64,000 bases of DNA from Eledone cirrhosa (Eukaryota). The stretch lies in the NCBI GenBank assembly GCA_964016885.1, contig OZ024745.1:110422001-110486000 (forward strand), written 5' to 3'. Shown here piece after piece: positions 1 through 13,414 of this stretch (the stretch's first letter is position 1; each line of letters begins with the position of its first letter). The notes beneath the pieces were generated by a model. The model saw only the letters and a list, made by a program, of their open reading frames with translations, was not told where the DNA came from and did not search any database. Made by a program: the position numbers and the translations under genes.

Positions 1-73
1 CCGGTCTGAGAATTGAACTCACAACCTTTTGATTGCAAGGCCAATGCTCTAACCACTAAGCCATGTGCCTCCA
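1..73 (-). mobile_element. tRNA-derived SINE family A, 5' head (cut by window edge)
   Basis: Reverse complement TGGAGGCACATGGCTTAGTGGTTAGAGC...GAGTTCAATTCTCAGACCGG has Pol III A/B boxes; near-identical to 6450-6522 and 60757-60828. Confidence 0.85.
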
Positions 74-118
74 TATACATATATATACATATACACATAT
101 ACATATATACATATATAA

Positions 119-299
119 GTGGAAACACAACAGTTAGTTCACCATACCGAGAACAATTGTTTCACCTTAGCGGATCTTCAGCTCGTACTGCTGGACGAGT
201 ACGAGCTGAAGATCCGCTAAGGTGAACTAACTGTTGTGTTTCCACCTCTACCAAATTCGTCCTATGAACTGAGCTTACCCTACTGTATTCGACCTCTGC

Positions 300-300
<1 letters not shown>
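119..300. mobile_element. Penelope-like/retrozyme-like non-coding fragment arranged as a fold-back (119-245) between microsatellites
   Basis: Arms GTGGAAACACAACAGTTAGTTCACC...TTAGCGGATCTTCAGCTCGTACT and AGTACGAGCTGAAGATCCGCTAAGGTGAACTAACTGTTGTGTTTCCAC around an 8-nt spacer; left arm carries a hammerhead motif; the element ends in (TC)n(TA)n. Confidence 0.6.
145..187 (-). ncRNA. Minimal hammerhead ribozyme motif (HHR1)
   Basis: Minus strand: tacgag-CUGAAGA-uccgcuaaggu-GAAA-caauug-UU-cucggua. Stem I CGAG/CUCG, palindromic stem III ACAAUUGU, GUU cleavage triplet, weak stem II. Confidence 0.7.
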
Positions 301-332
<32 letters not shown>

Positions 333-341
333 CATATATAT

Positions 342-507
342 AACGAAGGAAATGTGGTAAGGAACCAGGTGGACCATAATGCACCAAAGTACTCAATACT
401 TAGGGTAGTAGAGTGGGTAATAGGAACCAGTAAGTTTTGATTTTTTTTTAGTCCAGAATTAGCCGTCGAAACGGTTTGAGCTCAGCCGTCGGGGTCTTAC
501 TGGTCCA
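342..507. mobile_element. Unclassified CpG-containing insert between (TA)n tracts, possibly a Penelope-like terminal fragment
   Basis: Composition differs from flanks; internal inverted CCAGTAAG/CTTACTGG and direct AGCCGTCG repeats; bounded by TA repeats like the HHR elements. Confidence 0.3.
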
Positions 508-2007
508 TATACATATATATATATATATATTAGTGAGATGTGGGTGCATTGAAGTTATAGATGTAACTTCATATATGCAATTAACTAAACAAATAAATGT
601 GCATTTAAGATTATTGATATTAATTTCTACTCGTGCATTTTAGAATGAATCAAATATGTTATCATAAAATAAGTTGGAACTATTTAGCAGAATTATTGAA
701 TGAAAAAAAAAAAGCAAACAATCTCATTTCTACTGCTTTAGAAGATTTCTTCAGTTTTCTAAGTTTGAGCAATGATACTATATAAAGTTAAAGACTTTAA
801 CTTCCTTCTAACTTTGAAAGTTTTTAACTTGATGTTCCAGGAAAATGAACAATTATTTGATATTTTCATTTTTATTGCAGATATTCTAATTATAAGGATT
901 TTAATCATCAACAACAGAAAAATGATTGCCTAGAAATTAATCGGCAATATTTTTAATACCTTTTACATGTTATTTTGTTGGTTCTTTAACACAAGAAGAT
1001 AAATTTTGCTGCATTCAATCAATTAACAATATGTATTTTGTACCCTTCATCTCTTGACTAAGTAAGATACGAGTTTTACGAAGAGTGCATTTGGAAGATT
1101 TCTATCATAAAAATACATATACCTAGTGGTACATACAAAACTAAAGATATATCATCATTCTACTTTCATTAACACTTGATAAACAATATATGTTATAGAG
1201 CAACCAGTTCTTTATCACTCTACTGCTTAATTAATATCTGCTGCATGTAGGAAAGTTGATATAAGCAACGCCTAGTCACAACTTCTACACACTTTTGTGT
1301 TTTCTTTTCAACCTTTAATTGTTACATGTTTTTTTTCTTCCCTCATATATCCTTCCTCTCAATCTCTCTCTTTCTTTCTTGCTCTCTTTCACTCTCACCC
1401 TCTCTGTTCTTTCATCTAAATTAGCCAATCCATTCGTTTAATTACACAAGTTGCCTGCAGATAAGATCTATGTTCTATTCTTATACATTTTAGAAAACCT
1501 ACATTCCTCAATGTTTTATTGGATTCCCTCCTCTAACATTTGATTTACCCTTTCAGAAATTTTCCCCCAATCTACCATCGTAGCTTCATATCTGTTTTCG
1601 TTATTTTTTCCAGATAATCTCATTTGAAATAAAAGTAAAATAGGTTATGGGGGAATTTAGTTTATTAGGTAATTTGGGAATGAGTTATTTATTGTTTTAT
1701 TTAGTTATATATATATTTATTACACATGTCAATCAAAATGCTTTGTTAAATTATTTTCTATGATGATTTATTATAGTTTTGGCACAGAAAGTAGTGCGCC
1801 AAACTAAATACTTTTATATAGCAAGATATCTATTCGAACACCATGAAGTTTGGGGTTCAAATCCTATCAGAATTGACTAGTTCTCATTTCTCTGTTCTTA
1901 ATAAAAAAGATACTAATACAATATTTATGCTAATTCAATTAACTATAACTCCTCTGTTACTAAATTGATATTGTGTCTTTCCAAAAGTATTTCAAGAATT
2001 TATTCAC

Positions 2008-2545
2008 TGCTGGTGCCATGACAAAAAACATCCAGTCAAGTGTATAAGGTAGTAATTCTTGTGCTACAACAAAAAAAGCACTGTCAAGCTTATGAAGTGG
2101 TTGTGCTGGAGCCATGACAAAAAGCACCCAGTCCACTCTGTAAAGTGTTTGTAAAATAGGTTATGGGGGAATCACTCAGACCACTTTATAAAGCAGTAGT
2201 GCTAGTGCCACTACAAAAAGCACCCAGTCCACCCTGTAAGGTGGTTGTGTTGAAACCACAACAAAAAACACAGTCCAATTTATAAGGAGGTAGTGCTGGT
2301 GTCACAAAAATTGTACCCAGTCTACTCAGTAAGGTGGCAATGCAAATGCTATGATAAAATTCTCCCAGTACATGCTGTAAAGTGATTGACATTAAGAAGA
2401 GTATCCAGATGTAGAAACCGAGCCTAAAACAATGCATGAGTAAGATGTAGTTCCCTGACCTGTGTAGCTTCAGAACGTGAGAACCTGTCTAACCTATGTG
2501 AACATGGAAAATAGATGTTAAACAGTAGTGATGATGATGATTATG
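2008..2545 (+). mobile_element. SINE 3' half with tandemly amplified ~40-bp internal module and RTE-type (GAT)n tail
   Basis: About 8 diverged copies of GCTGGTGCCA..AAAAAGCACCCAGTCCACTCTGTAAAGTGGT, then ...CTAACCTATGTGAACATGGAAAATAGATGTTAAA..GATGATGATG. Confidence 0.7.
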
Positions 2546-2979
2546 ATGACAATCACTAACCTCAAAATGTTCAATTCTCAGGATCCCCAAAGCTTTTAGA
2601 GAACAATTTTCAAAAGTTTTGATTATATTTATAGCAACAGGAAAGTAGAATGGCAGAATGTGTGAAGCGTCTTACAGTATTTAACTTATATATACATTCT
2701 GAGTTCAAATCTGGCCCAAGTTCTTCCTTCCAAATAATAGTTATGCACTGGGATAGATCTAATTGACTGCTCTCTCTCCCAAAATGTGTGGCCTAGTGCT
2801 TTGCCAGCAGATTGTGGTACTAGTATTTTGGTAATACTATCATTTAGATTATTAAATCCTATATATCTATTAAACTTTACATATCTCTTTCACAAGATTT
2901 ATCAATTAAGACTTCTGCAAAGTTAAACATCACATCATTGATTGTATTCAGGCTACAGACATGAAAATACTAACTTTAA

Positions 2980-3212
2980 CCCTTTTCATATCAACACACT
3001 CCAAACTGCTTTAGATTTATGTGACAAAACTGTCCATTTTGAAATGTTTGTACTTATATTAAAACATTTCTCATCATTTTATTTAAGAATTTTTTTAAAG
3101 TAATTTTCTATATGTCAGCTAACTAGCATAAAACTGTAGTTATTTTATCAAAATACCTAAAATAATTTGATTATTTTCAAAATATATTGAAACACATGCA
3201 ATAAAAAAAGGG
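2980..3212. mobile_element. piggyBac-type MITE (family P1)
   Basis: TTAA|CCCTTTT ... AAAAGGG|TTAA termini; related copies throughout the window. Confidence 0.7.
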
Positions 3213-3883
3213 TTAAATTCCTATTACCTTTATTTCTCTCTAATAAAATAAACTATTGTTGTATACTATATTCAAAGATAATGTAAACTTTATAAGAAAC
3301 AGTTAAAAAGCATCATAGAAAAATATATTGTCTTGTAATGCTGCATTTTACCAACATCTAAAATATATAATTCATATGCCAGCTACATGGTTTTTCAACC
3401 TGCTAGAAATAACAGCCATATCTCACTCAAACAACATTGTCATCTTTTTAAAATAATTACACATTGGATTATATAGCCTGAATATACTATGCCTGAAAAA
3501 AAGAACAGATGGTCATGACTGGAATGCCTTTGATCGTAGAGCTGGCTTGGAGCTAATCTTCAATAACAACTATTTCTACCATGGAAGCATAACTGCTTGA
3601 TCTTATACATACATTATGTCAAAATAATGGTGTTATAGTTTGGAACCTTGGTGCAAGTTATTCTAGAATAATAGTTACAGACTTGTCCCCTTCCTTGATT
3701 GGACAAGTAAATAAATTATGTAAATCAAGTATGTCTGGATGTACTGAATGACATATCTATGAATGTACTCAGTGACATTACTCATATATAAATTTTGTCG
3801 TAAATGAATGATGTATGCTGGATGGAAAAGAGTAGTGAGTTCATGGTAGCATATACTGCAGGAGGAGGTCAAAAGAAAAGTAA

Positions 3884-4077
3884 ATAATTGTTTCTACTTT
3901 TGGCACAAGGCCAGCAATTACCCAGTGCATTACTGGTACTTTATTTTATCGACCCCGTAAGGATGAAAGGCAAAGTTAACCTCGGCGGGGTTTGAACTCA
4001 GATCATAAAGGGACGTAACTCTATGCTTCAAAGCATGGTGTCCGACTCTCTACCGATACTGCCAATCCCCCGCCCAA
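3884..4077 (-). mobile_element. tRNA-derived SINE family B
   Basis: Diagnostic TACTGGTACTTTATTTTATCGACCCCGTAAGGATGAAAGGCAAAGTTAACCTCGGCGGG..TTTGAACTCAGA; nearly identical to 9000-9190. Confidence 0.85.
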
Positions 4078-4914
4078 ATCACCTATTTAAAAATGTTCAT
4101 TATAGTTTTATACAAGAACCAAATTTTAAGTTAATATCTTAGTAATGAAATAATAAATTTAGTAAATCCTTTAAAATTCTTTATTAGAAATATGGTAATG
4201 AAAGAGTTATAAAATAATAGGAACCCTTTAAAATATGCTGTTTTGTTTCATATGGCTAGAGTTAGTTTTGGCCAGGTTGATATCAAAAGGGTTTAACTAG
4301 GTTATTTGGTGGCCACTCATATTATGACCATTACAAAACATGGCTGATACTGTTCAAGAGGTTAAAAATATTCTTATGAATTGAATTTGTTTCTAAGCCT
4401 AAAAGTCCTGAGTCTAGTCTAATCAAAATCTCTAATAATCCCTAAACAATAACAAAACCATCAACGAATTTAACATTAGACATGACTGTCATTTCTTATA
4501 GATGCAATTCTGTCATTATAGATTGTCACTCAATAGTTTGCTATAAAAAAGTAATAATTATTACCATATACTTATGATATTACAAATATCTAAATTAGGC
4601 ATTCAATTATACCTAATTTCTTTATTCTCACATTCTAGTGCTAAATTACACCTCTCTGAAAGAAAACAAAATATAAATAAACAACAACAAAAATAAAAGA
4701 TGAATATCACATCAAAACAATTTTTTGTCACTGTGTAAGATAATGGGTAGAAATTGTATTCCATATCAAAGAAATTATTTTTCCAATTTTCCAATTTAAT
4801 GCAATCAATATATGTACTTAAGATGAAAATAGGAATATTTAACAACTCAAGAGACTACAATACACATGACAACTGAATGGAAGCAAAATAGTTTTGAGAA
4901 TGTCATCATACAAG

Positions 4915-5296
4915 TGAAGGTGTGGCTGTGTGGTTAAGAAGTTTGTTTTGCAACCATGTAGTTCCGAGTTCAGCCCACCACATGACACCTTGAACATGTG
5001 TTTTACTCCAGATTGATTAATGAGGTATCATGAGTGAAATTTGGTAGACCAAAATTGTGCAGAAGCCCATCAAAAGTATGCATGTGTGTGTGTGTGGGTA
5101 TGTATATATATATATGATTACATTTACAGTTGATGCCTTTTAACATTAACAGTTCAACAAAATATGATTGATAAAATAAACAGTAGACTTGGAAATAAAA
5201 ATACTGGGGTTGATTTGATTAACTAAATCCCTTGAAGGCAATGTCCCAGCATGGCTGCAATCTTACATCTGAGACCAGTAACAGAATAAAAGAATA
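4915..5296 (+). mobile_element. tRNA-derived SINE family C (old copy)
   Basis: GTGGCTGTGTGGTTAAGAAG..GAGTTCAG head, internal (TG)n, AGAATAAAAGAATA tail; related to 25825-26170. Confidence 0.7.
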
Positions 5297-5723
5297 CATT
5301 GCCTTTTATAATCTTCTATAGTCAATCTGTTCTCTGAAAAATGAGTTAGTTTGAAAAATGCTTTCACCTTTTTTGTCTTAAATCGTAAACATGGCAGAGC
5401 CCATCCTCCCATATCTAAACACAGCTGATTTCTCCCAGAGAAGGAGAGAAAGGGAGAGGTAGAGGAAGTGAGAAATATATGTGGAGAAAGAATCGATTCT
5501 ATTACTTAACTTGTGCTTTTTTTATCGACCTCAAAAAGATGAAAGGCAAAGTTGACTTCAGTGAGCCAGTACAAATACTGCAAAGCATTCTATCCTATGT
5601 TCTAATGACTCTGCTAATCCAACACTTATAATACCTATCAATGATAAGATATAAAAGACTTAAATATGATCAGTGAGCATGTTGAAATATTATAAATTAA
5701 TTTCTTGACTTATTTTTCTTTAA

Positions 5724-5964
5724 CCATTTCATTACAATATTTCTACTGAAAAACACCGACTATGATTTCCAATTAGTTTTGAAAGCAATTTGTAAAGATT
5801 TAGTAAAATAGTTAACTTTCTCATTATCAAGCTAGTGTTTTGAGCATAACTTAACAAAATTTTCTTACATAAAATTATGATGGTAGGTTTTTATAAACAC
5901 TTAAAATAAGTAGTTTTATATCATAGAACTATCACCAGTTTCAGGTGGTTTGGTATTGAAAGGG
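5724..5964. mobile_element. piggyBac-type MITE (family P1)
   Basis: TTAA|CCATTTC ... GAAAGGG|TTAA. Confidence 0.7.
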
Positions 5965-6140
5965 TTAATTTTCTTTCAGATATCAAAATAATGGATTGGG
6001 AGAGATGTTAAAAATGTATATAATGCAGCTGAATCCTAATTCGTGGCTATGTTAATTAAAAATATTTAATGTGATATAACTTTCTATTATAAAATATTTC
6101 TGCAAGTGAGATCATTCTCAAATTGGAAGAGTTGTTAGAA

Positions 6141-6522
6141 TTCATTCATTCATTTCATTTTACGTCCGCTTTTCCCTGCTTGCAAGGGTGGAATGGGAAC
6201 TGATTCTGGCTTGATTTCTACAGCTGGATGCCCTTCCTAACACCAACCTCATTTACAGTGAGTGCTGGGTGTGTTTTTTTGCGTGGTGCCTACACGTCCA
6301 CTTTACAGTGTGGGCTGGGTGCTTTTTTGCCGTGGCACCTCCACGACCACTTTGCAGTGGAATGATAGGGACCCCATCTCATTTCTACAGCTGAGTAAAC
6401 TGGAGCAATGTGAAATAAAGTGTCTTGCTCAAGGAAACAACACATCACCCGGTCTGAGAATTGAACTCACAGCCTTTCGATTGCAAGGCCAATGCTCGAA
6501 CCACTTAGCCATGTGCCTCCAT
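6141..6522 (-). mobile_element. Full-length tRNA-derived SINE family A
   Basis: tRNA-like head at 6450-6522, body GAGCAAGACACTTTATTTCACATTGCTCCAG (minus), (CATT)n tail on plus strand; short TAGAAT flanking repeat; very similar to 60482-60828. Confidence 0.85.
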
Positions 6523-8754
6523 GTAGAATGTAGGACGAAATTCCTTGCAGTGTGTGTACTGGCTCACTTTAAATCCTTTTCAACTTTGGTTGGTAGCTAA
6601 AATTATGTACAAGTTCAGGGAAGTGGATTGGCAGAATTATTAGAGCACTGGATGAGATGTCTTATAGTATTTCTTTGGCTCTTTATTTTATGAATTCTGT
6701 TATGTTTAACTTCACTTGCCATTTGGTTTAACTTGCCCAACTGACACTATAGGTGTCTTTAGCAAAGTTCATTCTGTTGCACCTGTTTGGGACAGGTAAC
6801 CAATATAAGAATAATTTCTTCTCTTTCTATCTATTTTGGAGACTCTAAAAATTTGAAGGAATATTAATACTATCTCTCAAAATATGAACTATTTTAGTTG
6901 TAGCAATAACCAAATAATATTGTTCAGAATAACTAAATTATATAGCATTAGCAATTTTAGAGTCAAAATAATTTAAAGCAAATAACATGTAAAAAGGTAA
7001 TTTGAAGCTTTTCGCACAATTTCACAAAGATTTTCTTATGATAAAGTTATGTCTAAGAAGGTTAAACTAAGTTATTTAGTACATAGTAGAAAGCCATCCA
7101 TTTCTAAACTTTCATCTTCCTATTACAAATTGATACTGTCCACAAAAAAAAAAAAATAATGATAATAATCACAAGAAAAAAATATTTGTGTATAATTTTT
7201 TCAATAGAATATTCCCACTGAAACATGACATGTGATCTTTTATTGCCATGAAAGTAATAGAAGTTTACCTTGAAGTCATATATTTATTCTTAAGCTTAAA
7301 AATAAAATAAAAAAAATATTCCCATGATAGTATTTCAGTGAAATACTGCTATTCAATGTGGATATGACAGAGCAATTGTAAAGAGAACAGGTATAAACAT
7401 CAGTGAGGTGTAAACTAGCATCCATAGAGAAAATGGTCCAATCTTTAATGTATCTACCGCAGGGGCTTGTTGTGTTTCATTCATAAGTGTGCATATAAAC
7501 ACTAAACAAGTCTATGGAATATGCTGCCAGGCAAGTGCTTTTCATATTTCAATACAAATCAAAAACAGGACATTATTTTATAAAATGTTAGATGCAGTAA
7601 GAGTCTAAACAGAAAAGAAAAAAAAAGATACATTTAATATTAATTCAAAACATCCCAAGATAGTCTAAGTGATTTCTTTAATAGCAGTTAATGGTTATCA
7701 TGTTTGAATGTAGTAAATTCTTAAACCTGTTTCACAAAAAAAAAAAAAAAAAAAAAGCAGTATTAGGGTCTAAGCGAAAAACAACAATGGAACAATTTTA
7801 AGTTGGAGATATTTTAGAGTATATCTATTTTGCATGTTGTTTTATTTTTCTCTTTCAAAGCGAGAAAAATGTTTTGACTATATTCATAAAAAATAGTTCT
7901 AGGTATCACTCATACATAACTATTTGTAATTAGTCTTTGAAAATAATAATAAAAATTAAAAAAACAAACAAATTGCATTCAAAGATATATATATGATACT
8001 TTATATAATAAAGGAATCAATTGATAAGATCCCAGACCTCATTATATTACAAAGTGGTATAGAGATCACCAAATCAGACCACGGAAACAATTATTGTCTT
8101 TCTACCGGGTGCAAATCCTGGCAGAAGGAGCAATGTGAAATAAAATGTCTTGCTCAAGGACATAATGCATTACCCAGTCTGGGAATCAAACTCACAACCT
8201 CATGATTGTGAATCTAATTCTGTAACTACTAAGCAACATGCTTGCACTTTATATAATAAGAGGATTATTATTATCATTAATCAAAGGTAATAATTGTTTT
8301 ATCTTTATTTTTATTAAGTCCATTAGTGTCTAAATATCTGTTGATAAGTATTCAGTATCACATTTCATATTTATTCCTATGCTGCTTATAAATACACATA
8401 CTTTTAAGTAACAAAAGACATTCAGAATTCACACAATAAACCCTACATGTCTTATTTTTCAATTAACATTAAGAAGAACAAAAATATTATATTAACCCTT
8501 TTGATATCAAACTGCCTGAAATCACACTTGGTTTTAAATACAAAACTGTTTGTTTTAGGGTAATTATATTTACCTAAAAATCTTCCCATACAATTCTATG
8601 TAAGAATCTTTATTGAGTTATGTTCCAAACACCAGCTTAATAATGGAAAAGTTAGTTATATTACTATAGTTGCTTGACCTGCTAGATATAGCAAAATCTC
8701 CTTCAAATCACATCCCACCATTTTTCTACTACTACTACTACTACAAAAACAATG

Positions 8755-9215
8755 ATAATAATGGTTTCTGTTTTAGGCAAAAAGGCCAGCAATTTTGGGG
8801 GAGGGGAAAGTTGATTAAATCGACCCCTGTGCGAGACTGGTACTTTATTTTATCGACCCCGTAAGGATGAAAGACAAAGCTAACCATGGTGGGATTTGAA
8901 CTCAGAACGCAAAGGGACGTAACTCTATGCCACAGAGCATGTTGTTCGACGCTCCACCAACTTTGCCAATCCACCACCCTTCTACATTGATGATAATAAT
9001 AATTGTTTCTATTTTTGGCACAAGGCCAGCAATTACCCAGTACATTACTGGTACTTTATTTTATCGACCCCGTAAGGATGAAAGGCAAAGTTAACCTCGG
9101 CGGGATTTGAACTCAGATCATAAAGGGACGTAACTCTATGCTTCAAAGCATGGTGTCCGACTCTCTACCGATACTGCCAATCCACCGCCCTATGATGATG
9201 ATGATAATAATAATA
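8755..9215 (-). mobile_element. Two tandem SINE family B copies
   Basis: Two successive copies of the family B core with (AAT/GAT)n junctions. Confidence 0.85.
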
Positions 9216-9640
9216 TACAATCTTAAATAAGACTATACACCAGTTATCTGCACAAATAACACTCTCTGAAGTCATTTACCCCAAATTTTATTTTCAACAA
9301 GAAAAAAAAAGAAAACCACATACATATTTTACCTGCATCATATCATTTCATTAAAAATCTGATTTTACTTTAGAATAATCAGAGCAAACTATTTCTAAAC
9401 TTGTAAATATAATTTAATCATGATGCCATGTCCTTAATTTTCTGAGACAACTTATATGCTACTGCACAGTATTTAATAAACTATCATATGTAATTAATCA
9501 AATCTTATCTTTCATATCTTCATGATTTCTTGCTACCTAAAGTAGTTTCATCTCCAAGATAATGTCTATCTGTCTCATTTACTTTGGGCTGCTACAACCT
9601 TATGAATTCCTGCAGAATCACTGATATTGCTTCATGTTAA

Positions 9641-9855
9641 CCCTTTCATTACTGTATTTCTAATAAAAAACACAACCTATAAATTTCAAATAATTTTGAA
9701 AATAATCAAGAATCTAGAGATTAAGTCATATAACTAACATAGTTATTTCTAATCTGGTCTTAGATAAAATTATGATGGAAGATTTTTAGATAAATATAAA
9801 TACTTTAAAACAAAATTTTATATCATAGAAACTGAGGCAGTTGATATCAGAAAGG
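9641..9855. mobile_element. piggyBac-type MITE (family P1)
   Basis: TTAA|CCCTTTCATTACTG ... GAAAGG|TTAA. Confidence 0.7.
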
Positions 9856-12800
9856 TTAATTTGTAGATCTTCCACAACATTTTTTTAAGGTGAAGTAAAC
9901 ACGAATTTTCAAGATGTCTGAAGAAAAGGGTTCAAGTCTGAATATAGGCAGATTAAATGAATAAGACTTCATTATATAAAGGAAGAATTCCTAGACCAGG
10001 TTGTGTGATGTGTTCTTCATCAAAACACTTCATTTCACATTGCTTCAGTATACTCAGCTGAAAATGAGTACCAACAGTAGCTGGTGTCCTGTCCAGGGAG
10101 GAGTCTTGTACTCTCAGTTACTTAATGCCAACAAAAACAGGATAATCATTGCCTTAGTGAGCCTCTGTGCTTGAGGCAAACTTTAGTCTTTAAGAAAAGC
10201 AATTTTTCACATCTTAAAAGGAAGGACAGTGTACATGACCTGAAAGAGTGATAAGATGAAGGAAGGTGTCTTTAAAACAAACACTAGGCACGAATACTTG
10301 CAATAGAGGGCCAGATATTGTTGTTAAACTGGAAAACTGGTTAATTCTACAAGACTTTGAAAGGTTTTGAACTCAGAATGCCAAAAGCTGAAACAAATAC
10401 CACAATGTATCTAATCGGATACTCTAGAAACTTCACCATTTCAATGTCATGGACTAGTACTTTATTTATCAATCTCAGTAAGATGAAAGTTAATCTTAGT
10501 AGGAATTGAACTGAGAATACCAATAGCTGGGACAAATACTGCAAGGCATTTCCTCAAATACTCAAACACCTCTGCAACATACCCAAGAATATATTATTTT
10601 TGTAATAATGTCTATAAACTATTGAAATGGATCCAAGAACAAGCAAAGCTAAATTGCATTATCAAACTTACAAAGTAATTGAAATGGAATTAGGCTGAAC
10701 ACACCCAGAGGATGATTGACAACTAGTGAATGAAATAGTTAATAGGAAAGATTTTGAGAGACTATGTGAGAAATAGAGGACAACAATGAATAAGATGGAA
10801 GGATAAATCAGAGAGATTTGACAAAACAGAATATCAGAAACCAAAAACAAAGTTGCAGAGAAAATAAGGAAGGACTTTACCAAAAAGTGGAAAAACAATG
10901 GTTAATTTCATTAATGTATAAACTATGAGGAAATATTAACGATAAATCTAGAAACAAAATGTTTTATCATTATTCAATATATAAATCATGCAATACCATT
11001 TAGCTGGTTTGAGAGCTGATGAGGGTAAAGATGTGTATGTATAAAATTGTCTTGTACATAGCCTTTCTTTATTTCCTTCTTCCAGTCACTTCTGTGTGTC
11101 AGTGCACTTCCCCTTGTCCTCCTCTTTCAATTTTTTCTGTATTTCATCTGCCTGTCATCCACCTTGTGGATTGTCTCTCTGTTGACAACTGGACACTGGT
11201 CTCAACAACATTCAGCACAAAATGTAATCTAGAAACTACAGTTGAATTTAGAGTCTTAAAAAGATCTTAATAAATCTTGAAGGTAACAATCTGTTTTTTC
11301 TTACTTATAGGTGGTGGAATATTGGAAGAGTCCTTAGAATATTACAATACATGCATTCGTATATGTTTTGGTTCATTGTGCTCTAAGTTCAAATCCTGCA
11401 GAGGTCAACTTTCTCTTTCATCCTTTTAGGGTCAATGAATAACATATTAATCCAATGGTTGTAGATTTGCAGAATTATTAAAAGCTCAGACAAGATGATT
11501 TGCAATATCAGATCCTGCACTGTGCATTCTGAATTCAAATCCAACATAATTCTGCCAGGAGTTGTAACTGGCAGATAATATTAGCAATGGAAAGACCAAC
11601 GGAAACATTGTTTCTTTGGTTTGATCTGACGATTAGCTATTTTTCTGTTTCCTCTCACTTCTACAAAGAATTTTAGAATTGAAGGAACCCTACAGTGAAA
11701 ACAAATCAAAGGAAGTTGCCACAATAAAAACGTATGTTAATCAATAAACTTGTACATATTACAGTGAAAAAATGGTGTCTTTAATTACAAAGAGTTGATA
11801 TAGATTTGATAAAAATAACTTAATTACAGTGAGAAATACTACAACAAAAAAAAACAATAATAAATTGATTAAATGATTGTAAATAACAAAATAAAATATG
11901 AAAAACTATATATAAATATTTTTTCTGATTTATAGTCAAACACCAACAGTTGACTTAATTCTTCATTTGTATTCCAGACATTTTCAAGAATTTCAACAGA
12001 TTCATCTCACAAACCATAAAAATAACACAAACAGCAAAAAACTACAACAATAGTGATAATATTTCAGTTTTCAAGATGTCACCTTTCCTCCTCTCTCTCT
12101 CTCTCTCTCTCTCTCCTTAATGAGGTGGAAACATGCAAAAAAAGATTTTAAAATCCAAACAAAGAATACATGCTGTCATCTAAATATGTGGTTTGTACTT
12201 AATGAACTAAAATAAATGACATAGAAACGAAAACAAAAGAAAAGAAAGGAAATCAGGAAAGAAGGAAGTATGGATAAATGAAAGAAAAAGAGAAAGTTGG
12301 TGAAAGAAAACAAAAACAAAACAAAAAAAAAGCGAAATAACAGTCTAGAACTTCATAGCCATCTTGTAAAATGCTGCGAAGACAAATTTGCTGAGACAGG
12401 ATTCTATTGAGGAAGAAGAAATATATAAATAAAGTAAATTGCTCACATAAATAGATTGATACAATTTGTCCTGTTCTTTGACACCAAACTCTCAGTTCAG
12501 CATATAGAATAACTGAGGTTAATAATATATTGTTAAAGCTTCAAACAGTTAGTCAAATACACACAAACACACACAAGCTTCTCACAAACCATATTCATAT
12601 CATTGTAGTCTTTGTTGGTAGTTTATAGTAACACATGTGATATAACACACACACATATGTATTAGATATGTGGTTTCCTATGATATTGGCAGTTTGCAAA
12701 CGTTGTGAGGTCTTAGATTTTCAGCTTCAATTCTCTCATTATAGAGTTGCATGATCGTTATATTATGTATGTGTATATAATCACCACCGTCATCACCATT

Positions 12801-13414
12801 TAGCATCCATTTTTCCATGCTTGCATGGGTTAGATGGGTCATCCATGTCAAGAGACAAGTCTGGCCAGAACTGGCCATGCAGTACCTTGCTCTGATGGAA
12901 CTGTAAATTTGGCTGGGGATTTCACAGCTGGAAGCCCTTCCTAACACCAACTATACATATATATAAACACATACATACATTCACAGGTGTATGTACAAAT
13001 GAAGGAAAAGAACAATCAACATGTATTGTGTAAGTTGAGAATATTCAGAATACATCTGCAGAGTTAGGTGTTTTTATATCAACAAAACTATTGGTAATCC
13101 ATGAACAAGTCAAATTATTAATACAAATATGCCAACATTTATACAGGTGTTTGAGCATGGATTTATGCATAAATGTTTTGTTCTTTTATTGGTTTTAGTC
13201 ATTGGTCTGAGCAAATAAATTAACTGCAGTACTTATTTCAGTCTGGTGCTATATTTTATCAATCTCAATTTGTCTAACAGTTTGGCTATGGGATCTTTTG
13301 ATACCAAACTATATGTAACTGTCCCTGGTTCTATGATATAAAAATTGTTTCTTTCAAAATGTTTATGTTTACCTCCAAACCTCCCATCATAATTCTACAT
13401 AAAAACTAGGTTAA

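Noticed and set aside
455-500. Fifth hammerhead around GTCGAAACGGTTTGAGCTCAG
   Set aside because: No CUGANGA correctly placed relative to GAAA on either strand.
2008-2400. CRISPR-like appearance of regularly spaced repeats (also 28175-28562)
   Set aside because: Units are contiguous tandem copies without unique spacers; eukaryotic context; no cas genes.
6450-6522. tRNA gene
   Set aside because: The tRNA-like sequence lacks a paired acceptor stem and continues into a SINE body; the same holds for 1-73 and 60757-60828.
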